A stretch of 64,000 nucleotides of DNA, from assembly GCF_009914755.1 (NCBI RefSeq), contig NC_060925.1; one strand, written 5' to 3'. The stretch comes from the human T2T-CHM13v2.0 reference genome, Homo sapiens. Positions within the stretch are counted from its first letter, which is position 1, and each line of letters starts with the position of its first letter. Position numbers and translations under genes: made by a program. The notes below the pieces were generated by a model. That model worked only from the letters and a program-made list of their open reading frames with translations, searched no databases and was not told the DNA's origin. Positions 12,580-24,258 of the stretch are shown here, in pieces.

Positions 12580-15500
12580 GAGAGTGGTTTCCAGATTGGC
12601 ATGTAAGGAGCTTGGAAGCTGTCACTCCATTCTAACAAGTAAAAATCTGAACAAACTGCAAAATCAATAACTCTTCTTCTAAGAGGTATCTACACCTCAC
12701 AGAAATGAGGTCACAGGGTCAACTATTGCCCCCAAAACTGGTGAGACAGACAGGAAGTTACAGAGAATCACAACTGACCAGAGCTGGAACCTCACAGGAA
12801 CGAGGACTGAAGTAGGAAAATATGAACTGTAATTGAGAAATAGAGATTTCATGAGGACAATTCTAGGGGTTACAATCTCCAGGAAGACCTAGTAATGGGG
12901 AGGACAATACATTTTTGAGAGCTTTACCTCCAGAAACTACTAGGTTTTCATTGTAAATACCAGAGAAAAATTCCATCATGCTTCCAAAAAGGGGAGGGGA
13001 AAAGTAACTATTTTGAGATATGGCAGAGTATTCTGTTCTTTTTAACAAGGCCTGACCACAAGACAAATTATTTTACCTGAGCCTAGCCTACTATGTTTTT
13101 ATCAGCGCATAACTGACTTGGAGGAAGGAAAATATTCAACTTTAGCCCAGTATCACCTTCTTTCCATCTGGGGGATGTAAAATACCCAAGTCCAGCTTAC
13201 ACCAGCCTTTCACATAAAGGGATAAAACTACCCAACTTCTGCCCCTACTAGCCATCCTATCTCACATAAGGGGTAGGTGGGTGGGGTGGGAAAATGAGAA
13301 GAACTGGTAATTATCAGTTTACCAGCTCACCAAAAGAATAAGACTTAATCGTAAGACTATAAAATGCTTCCCCTACTCCCAAAGCTTACCATCACATTAC
13401 TAAAGGCCTAATTTACCACAGATCACTTTACCTAGTACATTATGCTCAGTTTGTACCAAAAAATTAAGACCATACCCAAGAGGGAAAATACAATTTGAAG
13501 AGACAAAGAAAATATCAGAAACAGACATAGGAGAAATGTTGGAATTATGAGATTGGGAATTAAAACAACTATGACTAATACGATAAAGGCTCTAACTGAT
13601 AAAGTAGATGGCATGCGAAACAAAATGGGTAATGTAAGCAGAGGGATGAAAAATTAGAAAGAAACCAAAATTGCTATAGATGAAAAACACTGTTTCAGAA
13701 ATGAAGAATGCCTTTTGTAGACTCCTGAGATGACTGGGCATGGCTGAGGAAAGAATTTCTGAGAATATGTCAATAGAAACATACAAACTGAAATGCAAAG
13801 GAAAAAAGGCTGAGGGAAAAAAAATAACAGAACATCTAAGGACTTTTGTAGTGGGACAACTACAGAATGTGTAACTTACGCATAATGAGAATACCAGAAG
13901 AGAAGAAACAGAGAAAGAAACAGAAGAAATGTTTGAAACAATAATGACTGAAAATAACCTCCAAAGTAATGTCAGACACCAAACCACAAGCCCAGGATGC
14001 TCACAGGACAACAAGGAGGATAAATGCCAAACACACCCACACCCTCACCTAGGCATATCATTTTTAAACTATATAAAACCAAACAAGTGAGAAAAATTTT
14101 TGAAGGAGATCAGAGGGGAAAAAAAAGCACCTTACCTACAGAGAAACAAAGATAAGAATTGCATGACTTTCCTCAGAAACCATGTGAGCAAGAAGAGAGT
14201 AGAGGGAACTATTTACAGTGTTGAGAGCAAAACTGCCAAACTATAGTTCTATATCTGTAAAATTATTCTTCAAAAGTGAAAGAGAAATAAAGTCTTTCTT
14301 AGACAAACCCAAATGAAAATATTTTTTGACAGTAGACATGCTTTGCAAGAAATGTTAAAAACAAAATTCTTTAGCGAGAAGGAAAATCTTATAGGTCAGA
14401 AACTTGGTCTACATGAAGAAAGCATTAAAGAAGAAATAAGTTAAGGTAAAATAAAAGCTTTTTTATTCTTAATTGTTCTAACAGATAACAACTTATTTAA
14501 AAGAGTCATAGCAACAATGTATTCAATTAGGTATGCTTACGTATATGTCATATACATATATATGCATGTTTGCATACAAATGAAATGAATAATAAGAATC
14601 ATACAAAGAATGGGGGCATTAAATGTATCTGGTTAACATAAAGCACTCACACTAACTGTGAATGGTATACTGTTATTTAAAAGTGGACTTGGATTAGGGT
14701 TTTTTTTTTTACAAATTATAAAGCAAGCACTAAAACAAGTAAACAATGAATATAACTGATATGCTAAAACAGGAGAGAAAACAAAATTATATAAAAAGCT
14801 CAATTAAAACCACAAAAAGCAAAGAAAAAAGAGTGGAAGACAAAAGTAGAAAAGTAGTAGCAAAGAATAAGAGTAACAAAGGGAAAAGAGTAACAATATG
14901 GTAAATATTAGTCCAAATATATCTGTAGTCACTTTGAATATCAATAACCTAAATACACTAATTAAAAGGCAGAGATGGTCAGAACAGAACAAAAAATAAG
15001 ATGCTACTATGTGCTGTCTACAAGAAGGCCACGTTAAATACAAAGATATATAGAATAAAAGTAAATAGATGTGGAAATATGTCATGCTAACACTAATCAA
15101 AAGAAAACAAGAGTATATACATTCGAGACAGAGCAGACTTCACAGCAATGTAAGTTATCAAGAATAAAGAAGACTATTACATAATGATATAGGGTTCAAT
15201 TATTCAGTAAGACATAATAATCCTAAATGTATATATGCCTAACAACAGAACACCAAACTAAATGAAACAAAAACTGATAGAACTGCAAAGAGAAATAGAT
15301 TAATTCACTGTGATAGTTGGAGACCTCAGAACTTCTATCAAAAATGAACTGATCCAGTATGGAGAAAATCAGTAAGAACATAGTTGAACTGAAAAACACC
15401 ATCAATCAACTAAATATAAGGGACACCTATAGAGTATTTTATCCAAGAGCAGCAGAATACACATTCTTCTCAAGCTCACATGAAACCTTTACCAATATAG

Positions 15501-15820
15501 ATCACATTCTGGGCTATAAAACACACATTAACCAATTTAAGGAAAAAGAAATCATAAAGTATCTGCTCACAGAACTCAATGGAATTAAGCTAGAAGTCTG
15601 TAATAGAAATATAACAGAAAATTTCCAAAATAGTTGGAGATTAAGCAACACACTTCTCAATAATACATGGGTCAAAGAAGAAATATTCAATAAAACAAGA
15701 TATTTTTAACTAAATGGAAATAAAAACAAAAATTAATACAATTTTAGGATGCAATGAAAACAGTGTTTAGAGGGAAGTGCATAGCTTTGAATGTACATAT
15801 TAGAAAATTAAAAAATCACA
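12580..15820 (+). mobile_element. L1M (L1MD-like) 5'UTR, ORF1 and ORF2 endonuclease region, 3'-truncated
   Basis: ORF 15359-15709 DTYRVFYPRAAEYTFFSSSHETFTNIDHILGYKT...LLNNTWVKEEI is the L1 endonuclease domain; decayed ORF1 at ~13420-14400. Confidence 0.9.
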
Positions 15821-16995
15821 CTTTGGAAGAAAAGAAGACAATGATTTAATAAAAATATGCCAAAATGATTTGTGGTACTCTAACTAACGTTCCTTTCATT
15901 TCTGCTCCCAAGCTCATCTGTCATACTGAAAACTACACTCCAGATTCCTAAAAACTAAGGGAGTAAAACAAAGTTAGAACCCTTTAAAAGACTCTTTTTT
16001 CAAAGAATGATTATCAGGTCTCTCTCGTGGGTCTTAGGATGACCCCAATCAAGCCATGTCTTTATTTGACCCTATTCAAACTTATGAGGTACTGAAGCCT
16101 CTCTTTGGGAAGTGTTTGTGGAATGTTTTGACATCCATTTTTGCTTGGGACAATAGACAACAGTTGGGAAAAACTATAGAGTAGCCAAAAACCTTAAAGG
16201 AAAAGCTTATGTGTGAGATGTATATAAGAGCTTTGAAAAGCTCTGACTTATACTTGGGAACGTAGAAGACTGTGTGAATATGTAGCACTGTGCCAAGCTC
16301 ATTAGACATCTGAGAAGGCCCTAAGCCCTCATATTCTAAGCGGCCTTGAGTCTTTGAGCAAAGGAAGTGGTGACTAAGGCAGAGTTGTAAACTGTCTGTC
16401 TGAGTGTTGAAAGCATACTTCATCATGTATATAGGACCCCTTAGCAAAGACTGTGAGATTTATTGGTTCCAGGGCATTAAGGAAACCTCTTCTAATGATT
16501 AGCTAACCATCAAACTTACCGAGTAGAGATTACAGTGGCCACAAATGAGAAAGAACAGACTTTATAGAATTAGTTCAGAAGTCACTAAACAAACCAACAG
16601 CAACAATTAAACAAGTAGCTATAAAAAAACTCTGGGGAACAGGGTGAATCTGATTTCCAGAGTTGCCACATTATATTATTTAAAATACTCAGTTTTTAAC
16701 AACAACAACAACAACAAAATGAGACTTGCCAAAAATGCAAGAAAATATGAACCATAGGAAAAAAAGGCAATTCTTAGAAACTGTGCCTGAGGAGGCCCAG
16801 ATTCTTGACCTATTGGACAAATACCTTAAGTCAGCATTTACAATTATATTCAAAGACCCAGAGAAAACTAGTTCTAAAAATTTTTTTTAAGACTGATATC
16901 ACACTAAAGAGAAAATATCAATACAGAAATGGAAATTTTTTAAAAAAATAAACACTTGGAGTTGCAAAGTACAATATACCACTATGAAAAACTCA

Positions 16996-19900
16996 GGTAC
17001 AGAGATGGAGCAAAATGACCAATTATAACTCTCCGGTGATCATCCCCGTATAGGAATAACAAATTAAACAACTTTCCACATAAGAAAGCACCTTCATAAG
17101 AACCAAAAATCAGGTGAATGATCACAGTACCTGGCTTCAACGTCATATCAATGGAAGAGTCACCAAGGAGGGTAGAAAAGAAAGCCTTGAATTGCTGACA
17201 CCACTTCTCCTCCATCCCTTAGCAGTGGCTGCATGGCATGGAGAGACAATCTGTCTGTCTAGAGGAGGAAAAGTTCAGTAATTTTGGGACTTTGCATTGG
17301 AACTCAGTGCTGCCTATCACAGCAGAAAGCAACACAGGGCAAACTTCAGCTAGCACCCAGAAAAGAGCATTTTGACTGGGTCAAGCCAGAGGAGAATTGT
17401 CCACCCCAGTGGTCAGAACCTGAGTTCCTGTTAATGCCACCACCACCGGCTACATTGTTCTGGGGACATAAATAAACCTCAAAGGCAGTCTAGGCAACAA
17501 GGGCTGTAATTCCTAGGCAAGTCTTGAAGTTGTGCTGGGCTGGGATCCAATAATCTTGGGGTACACATGACCTAGTGAGATGCAAGCTAAAGTGGCCAAC
17601 AAAGTGCTTGCATCATGCCTCTTCCCACCACAGGCAATGCAGCTTTGGGAGTGATACCTTCTTTGGACTTGAGAGAGAAGAGAGAAGAGTAAAGAGGAAT
17701 TTATCTTTGCAACGTGGATACCAGCTCAGCCACAGTAGAATAGGGCACAAGGTGGATTCCTGAGGCCCCCATTCCAGGCACTACCTCCTGAATGACATTT
17801 CTACACATACTGTGGGCCAAGAGGGAGCACACTGCCTTGAAGGGAAGAACACAATTCTTGTGGGATCCATCATCTGCTAACTAAAGAGCCCTTGGGCCTT
17901 AAATAAACACCAATAGTAGCCAAGCAGTATTCACCGTGAGCCTTGGGTAAGACCTAGTGCTGTGCTGGCTTCAGCTGTGACCAGCACTTTCCCAGCTGTG
18001 GTGGCCATGAGGAAAGCCTCCTTCTGCTTGAGAAAAGGAGAGAGAAGAGTAAAGGGGACTTTGTTTTGCAGCTTAGGCACCAGGTCAGCCACAGTGAGAC
18101 AGAGCACCAAGTGGGCTCCTGGGAGCCCCAATTACAAGCATTGGCTCCTGGATGACATTTCTGGGCTTGACCTGGGCCAGAAGGGAGCCCACTTCTCTGA
18201 AGGGAGAGACAGAGACCTGGCAGCATTTACCACAAGCTGACTGAAGAGCTGTTGGGCCATGAGTAAACATCAGTGGTAGCCATGGGCCTGGGGTGGCAGT
18301 GCACATGGGAAGAGAGTTCTTCTGCTTGAGAAAAGGAGAGCGAAGAGTGGGAAGGACTTGATCCTGTGGCTTGGATGCCAGCTCAGCTGCAACAGAATAG
18401 AACACCAAGGAGATTTCTAAGGTTCCACACTCCAGGCCTTGGCTCCTGGATGGCATTTCTAGATCTGTGCTGAACCAGGGAAAAGCTTGCCACCTGGATG
18501 GGGAAGGACACAAGCCTGGCTAGGTCTGCCATGTACTGTTTGAAGAGCCCTTGGGCCTTGAGTGAATATTGATGGTAGCCAGGGAGTGATTCCTATGGGC
18601 CATGGTTGAAACTCAGTGCTGTAGTGGCTTCAGGTTAAACCAAGCACTGTTCCAGTAGTAGTGACCACAGGGGTACTTGTGTCACCCCTCTTCCAGATCC
18701 AGGCAGCTCATCACAAAGAGAGAGACTTCATTTGTTTGGAGGAAAATAGGGAGGAGAACAAGAATCCCTGTCTGGTAATCCAAGGAATTCTCTTAGATTA
18801 TATCTAAGACCCCCAAAGTGGTACCTAATTGAGTCTGCAAGAACCACAACATTACTAAGTTTAGGGTGCTCCCTAATGCATATATAGCTGTAGTGACCAA
18901 AAACTTAGATTACAACACTCAATTCCCTTTGAATACTTGGAAACTCTTCCCAAGAAGGAGAGGTACACACAAGCCCAGACTGCAAAAACTACAATAAATA
19001 CCTAACTCTTCAATGCCCAGACATTGATGAACATCAACAAGCATCAGGACAATCCAGGAAAACAGACCTCACCAAACAAACTAAATTAAACACCCGTGAC
19101 CAATCCTGGAGTTACAGATAAATGTGACCTTTTAGAGAGAGAATTCAAATGAATTGTTTTGAAGAAGCTCAGTGAAATTCAAGATAACACAGAGAATGAA
19201 TTCAGCATCCTATCATATAAATTTAACAAAGAGACAGAAATAATGTTTAAAAATCAAGCAGAAATGTCAGGAGCTGAAAAATTCCACTGACACGCTGAAG
19301 AATGAGACTCTCAACAGCAGAATGGACCAAACAGAAAAATTAAAGATCTTGAAGACAGGCTATTTGAAAATACACAGTCAAAGGAGTCAAATGAAAAACA
19401 AAAAATGTAGTGAAGCATGCCAACAAGATATAGAAAATAGCTTCAAAAGGACAAATATGAGACTTATTGGCCTTAAAGAGGAGGTAGAGAGAGAGATCAA
19501 GGTAGAAATTTTATTCAAAGAAATGCTAACAGAGAACTTCCCAAAGCTAGAGAAAGATATCAAGATTCAAGTATGAAAAGATTATAGAACACCAAGCTGA
19601 CTGAGCCCAAACAAGACTATCTCAGACATTGAATAATCAAACTCCCAAAGGTTAAAGACAAAGAAAGGATCCTAAAAGCAGCAAGAGAAAAGAAATAAAT
19701 TACATACAAAGGAACTCAAATGCATGTGGCAGCAGACTTCTCAGTGGAAACCTAACAGGCCAGGAGAGAGAGGCATTACATATTTAAAGTGCTGAAGAAA
19801 TAAAACTTTTTATACTAGAATAGTACATCCAATAAAATTATCATTCAAACATGAAGGAGAAATAGAGACCTTCCCAGAAAAAAAAAAATGCTGAAGGATT

Positions 19901-21990
19901 TTGTTAACACCAGACCTGTCTTACAGAAAATGCTAAAACAAGTTCTTCAATCTGAATGGACATTAATGAGCAATAAGAAATCACCTGACGGTATAAAACT
20001 CACTAGTAATAGTAAGTATAGTAAACACAGACAAATACAGAATATTATAACATTGTAATTGTGGTATATAAATTACTTATGTTTTGAGCAGAAAGACTGA
20101 AATATGAACCTACCAAAAATAACAACTACAACAACTTCAAGGCATAGTATAATAAGATATAAATAGAAGCAACAAAAAAGTTGAAAAGTGGAAGCAAGAA
20201 GTTAAAGGGTGGATTTTTTATTAGTTTTCACTTTGCCTGTTGTTAGTTTGTTTGTGCAATGTGGTAAGTTGTCAAGAATTTAAAACAATGGGTTTTAAGA
20301 TGTTATTTGCAAGCCTTGTGGTTACCTTAAATAATAAAACCTACAACTGATACATAAAAAAATAAAAAGCCAGAAATTAAAACTTACCACCAGAGAAAAT
20401 CACCTTCACTAAAAGGAAGACAAGCAGAAAGAATGGAAGGAAGAGAAAAACACAAAACAATCAGAAAACAAATAACAAAAATGGAGAGAGTAAGTCCTTA
20501 CTTATCAATAATAACATTGAATATAAGTGCACTAAACTCTCTAACCAAAAGACATAGAGTGGCTGAATGGATTAAAAATGCAATAGCCAATGATCTATTC
20601 CATATAAGATTAGTAACCAGAATACATATGCAGCTTGAACAACTCAAAAGGAAAAAATCTAATAATCTAATCAAAAATATGCAAAAGATCAGAATAGATA
20701 TTTCTCAAAAGAAGACATACAAATGGCAAATAGGTATATAAAAAGGTACTCAACATCATTGATCATCAGAAAAATATAAAGAAAAGCTACAATGAGATAT
20801 TGTCTCACCCTAGTTAAAATGACTTTTATCCAAAAGAAAGGCAATAACAAATTCTGGGGAGGATGTGGAGAAAAGGGAAACCTGTAACACTGTTGGTGAG
20901 AGTGTAAATTAGTACAACCACTGTGGAGAATAGTACGGAGGATCCTCAAAAATTAAAAATAAAACTACCATATGCTTGAGTAATCCATTGATAGGTATAT
21001 ACCCAAATGAAAGGAGATCAGTATATTGAAGAGATATCTACACTTTCATATTTATTGCAGCACTGTTCACCAATACTGCAGGAAAGCAAGATTTGGAAGC
21101 AACCTAAGTGTCCATCAACAGACAAATGGATAAAGAAAATGTGGTATATGTGCACAATGAAGTACTATTCAGTCCTAAAAAAGATACTGTCATTTGCACC
21201 ATTATAGATGGAACTGTAAATCAACTATGTTAAGTGAAATAAACCAGGCACAGAAAGACAAACTTCACACACTCTCACACATTTGTGAAATCTAAAAATT
21301 AAATCACTTGAACTGATGGAGATAGAGAGCAGAATGATGGTTACCAGAAGCTGGCAAGAGTAGTGGGAGGCAGAGAAGAAATGAGGATGATTAATGATGA
21401 CAAAATATAGTTAGATAGAATAATAAGATCTAGTATTTGATAGTGTAACAGGATGATCACAGTCACGAATAATTTATTGTACTTCTAAAAATAACTAAAA
21501 AAGGCAGAGCGCAGTGGCTCACGCCAGTAATCCCAACACTTCGGGAGACCTCAGGTGGGTGGATCACGTGAGGTTAGGAGTTCGAGACCAGCCTGACCAA
21601 CATGGTGAAACCCCATCTCTACTAAAAATACAAAACTTAGCTGAGCGAGGTTGCGGGTGCCTGTAATCCCAGCTACTTGGGAAGCTGAGGCAGGAGAATC
21701 GCTTGAAACTGGGAGTCAGAGGTTGCAGTCAGTCGAGATCAAGCCATTAGACTCCAGCCTGGGCAGCAGAGTGAGACTCTGTCTCTAAATAAATAAATAA
21801 ATAATGAAAAGAGTATAATCTCAATGTTTGTAACACAAGGAAATGATAGATGTTTGAGGTGATATATATCCCACTTACCCTGATGTAATTGTTACACTTT
21901 GTATGCCTTATCAAAATGTCTCACTTACCCCATAAATTATACACCTACTATTTACCCATAAACATTAAAAATAAAAGTAAAATAAAAAAA
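16996..21990 (+). mobile_element. L1MA1-3-like LINE-1 with both ends, ORF1 remnant and about 3 kb of ORF2 deleted
   Basis: About 2-kb GC-richer 5'UTR; ORF1 fragment RLIGLKEEVEREIKVEILFKEMLTENFPKLEKDIKIQV; ORF2 start VSPYLSIITLN; L1MA 3'UTR and poly(A); TSD GAAAAACTCA (16986-16995) / GAAAAATTCA (21991-22000). Confidence 0.88.
21503..21804 (+). mobile_element. AluS (Sx-like) in the L1MA 3'UTR
   Basis: Dimeric Alu with (TAAA)n tail. Confidence 0.95.
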
Positions 21991-22464
21991 GAAAAATTCA
22001 ATAAAGGGCTTCAGCAGCATATTTGATCAGGCAAAAGAGTCAGCGAATTTAAATATAGATCAATTAAGATTATCTAGCATAAGAAACAACGGCAACAACA
22101 AAAAGAATGGAAGGTAAAAAGGAAGAACAAAAAGGAGGGAGCAATAAAGAAAGAGCAGAGCTTCAGAGAACTATGGGACATTATCAAAAGTATGTAAATA
22201 TACATAATACACGTCCCAGAAGAACAGAAGGAGAAAAATGTTTGAGGTAGTAAAGGTCAGGCAGTAGAGACTACGTAGAATTAGTCTGTAGTTTGAGGAA
22301 ATAATGGCTAAAAATTTCCCAGTTATGATAGAAATAAACAAACATTGGTCTACACATCCAAAAAACTCAACAAACTCTATGTAAGACAAACTAAAGCAAA
22401 TCCACACCTAGATACATCACAATCAAACTGTGGAAAGCGAAAAAAAAAACAAAGATAAAACTCT

Positions 22465-22760
22465 TTTTTTTTTTTTTTGAGACAGAGTCTCCCTTTATTG
22501 TCCAGGCTGGAGTCCAGTGGCATGATCTCAGCTTACTGCCACCTCTGCCTCCCAGGTTAAAGCCATTCTTCTGCCTCAGCCTCGCAAGTAGCTGAGACTA
22601 CAGGCATGTGTTACCACCCCTGGCTAATTTCTGTATTTTTAGTAGAGATGGGGTTTCGCCAGGTTGATCAGGGTAGTCTCGAACTCCTGACCTCAAGTGA
22701 TCTGCCCGCTTCGGCCTCCCCAAATGCCTGGATTACAGGCATGAGCCACTGCATCCGGCC
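22465..22760 (-). mobile_element. AluS
   Basis: Dimeric Alu with poly(T) head; flanking duplication AAAGATAAAA at 22451 and 22761. Confidence 0.95.
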
Positions 22761-23055
22761 AAAGATAAAATCTTGAAGGCCACAAATGATTTATTATGGA
22801 CAGGGATCTTTCATAAGATTGACAAGTTTTTTTCTCTTCTGGAACCATGGAGGTCAGAAAGCAGTGAGATAACATATTCTAAGTGATGAAAGAGAAAGCT
22901 GACAATCATGAATTCTGTATCTAGCAAAACTATCCTTCCAAAATGAAGAAGAAATGAATACATTCCCAGATAAATATAAACTGATATATGTCCCTAGCAG
23001 TCCTGTCTTATAAAAAGTACTAAAGAGTGTATTTCACACTGAAATGAGAGCACAT

Positions 23056-23620
23056 TGTATTAGTCAGCATTCTGCACAGAAACAGAACCAGTAGAAGACC
23101 TACGTGTGTGTGTGTGTGTGTGTGTAATTTATTATGGAACATGATGTTTGTAATTAGGAGGCTGAGAAGTCTCACCATCTGCTCTCTATAAGCTGAAAGC
23201 CAGTGGCGTAATTCAGTCTGAGTTTGAAGCCCTGAGAACCAGGCAGCCAATGGTGTAACTCCCAGTCCAAATTCAAAGGCCTGAGAATCAAGGGGCAGGG
23301 TGGCGCACCCATGTAAATCCTGGAGCTTAAAGGCCTAAGAATAGGAGCTCTGACATCTGAGGGCAGGAGAAAGATGGATGTCCCAGCTCTAGAAGACAGA
23401 AAATTTGCTCTTTCTCTACTTTTTTGTTCTATTAGGGCCCTCAATATACATTAGATGACGACCACTCACTTTTGGTGAGGGCAGAACATTTTTACTCAGT
23501 TTACTGATCCAAATGCTAATATTTTGTGGAAGTGCCCTCACAGACACACACAGAACTAACGTTTTACAGCTTATCTGGTCACCGTTTAGCCCAGTCAAGT
23601 TGATACAAAATTAATCATCA
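23056..23620 (-). mobile_element. MLT2B-like ERVL solo LTR with internal (TG)n
   Basis: TGTATTAGTCAGCATTCTGCACAGAAACAGAACC...AATTAATCATCA; TSD CACAT/TACAT. Confidence 0.88.
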
Positions 23621-23874
23621 TACATATTAAATGGTAACTCAAAACCACATGAAAAACTAAAAAGCACAGTAAATGTAATGACATAGATAAATATCAAAGA
23701 ATATAGAAATATATCTTCTGTTTGTATAATGTATAAATATATCCTTTGTAACTTTTGCTTCCTATCTTAATAATGTATCTTAAGTTGATGGACATAAAAT
23801 GTATATAGATGTAATTTGAAACAATAAAGCATTAAGTGGGGGCAAAACAATATAGAAGCAAAATATTTGTATGC

Positions 23875-24258
23875 CATATTAGTTTGCTAAGGCTACCATA
23901 ATAAAGCACCACAGACTGGGTTGTTTAAACAAATAAAATTTATTTTCTTACAGGTCTAGAAGCTAGAAGTCCAAGATCAAGGTGTCGGCAGGGCTGGTAT
24001 CTTCCGAGGCCTCTCTCTTTGGCTTGTGAATTGCCATCTTCTCCCTGTGTGTTCACATGTTTCTCCCTCTATATGTATCTGTGTCTACATTTCTTCTTCT
24101 AATAGTAAAACATGACATCTTAATTTAGAGTCCATCCTAATGACCCCATTTTAACCTAATTACCCCTTTAAAGACCCCATCTCCAAATATATCATATTCT
24201 GAAAAACTGAGTGTTAGAACTTCAACATATTAATTTTGGGGAACATAAGCCCATAATA
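23875..24258 (-). mobile_element. MLT1B-like MaLR LTR
   Basis: TATTAGTTTGCTAAGGCTACCATAATAAAGCACCACAGACTGGG...AGTCCAAGATCAAGGTGTC...GCCCATAA. Confidence 0.88.

Noticed and set aside
5813-14140. Large inverted similarity between 5.8-7.2 kb and 12.7-14.1 kb
   Set aside because: Many substitutions and indels; consistent with two old copies of one L1M family rather than a local duplication.
15359-15709. ORF with L1 endonuclease motifs
   Set aside because: Short open stretch in a decayed, 3'-truncated L1; surrounding frames have stops and frameshifts.
17640-18650. Repeat-spacer-like periodicity (CRISPR-like?)
   Set aside because: Units are long diverged monomers of an L1 5'UTR in mammalian DNA; no short identical repeats, unique spacers or cas genes.
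20433-20741. Apparent in-frame ORF2 N-terminus/C-terminus fusion protein
   Set aside because: Read-through appears to depend on a compensating 1-nt shift near 20580, and the frame is lost again soon after; no sign of a maintained protein.
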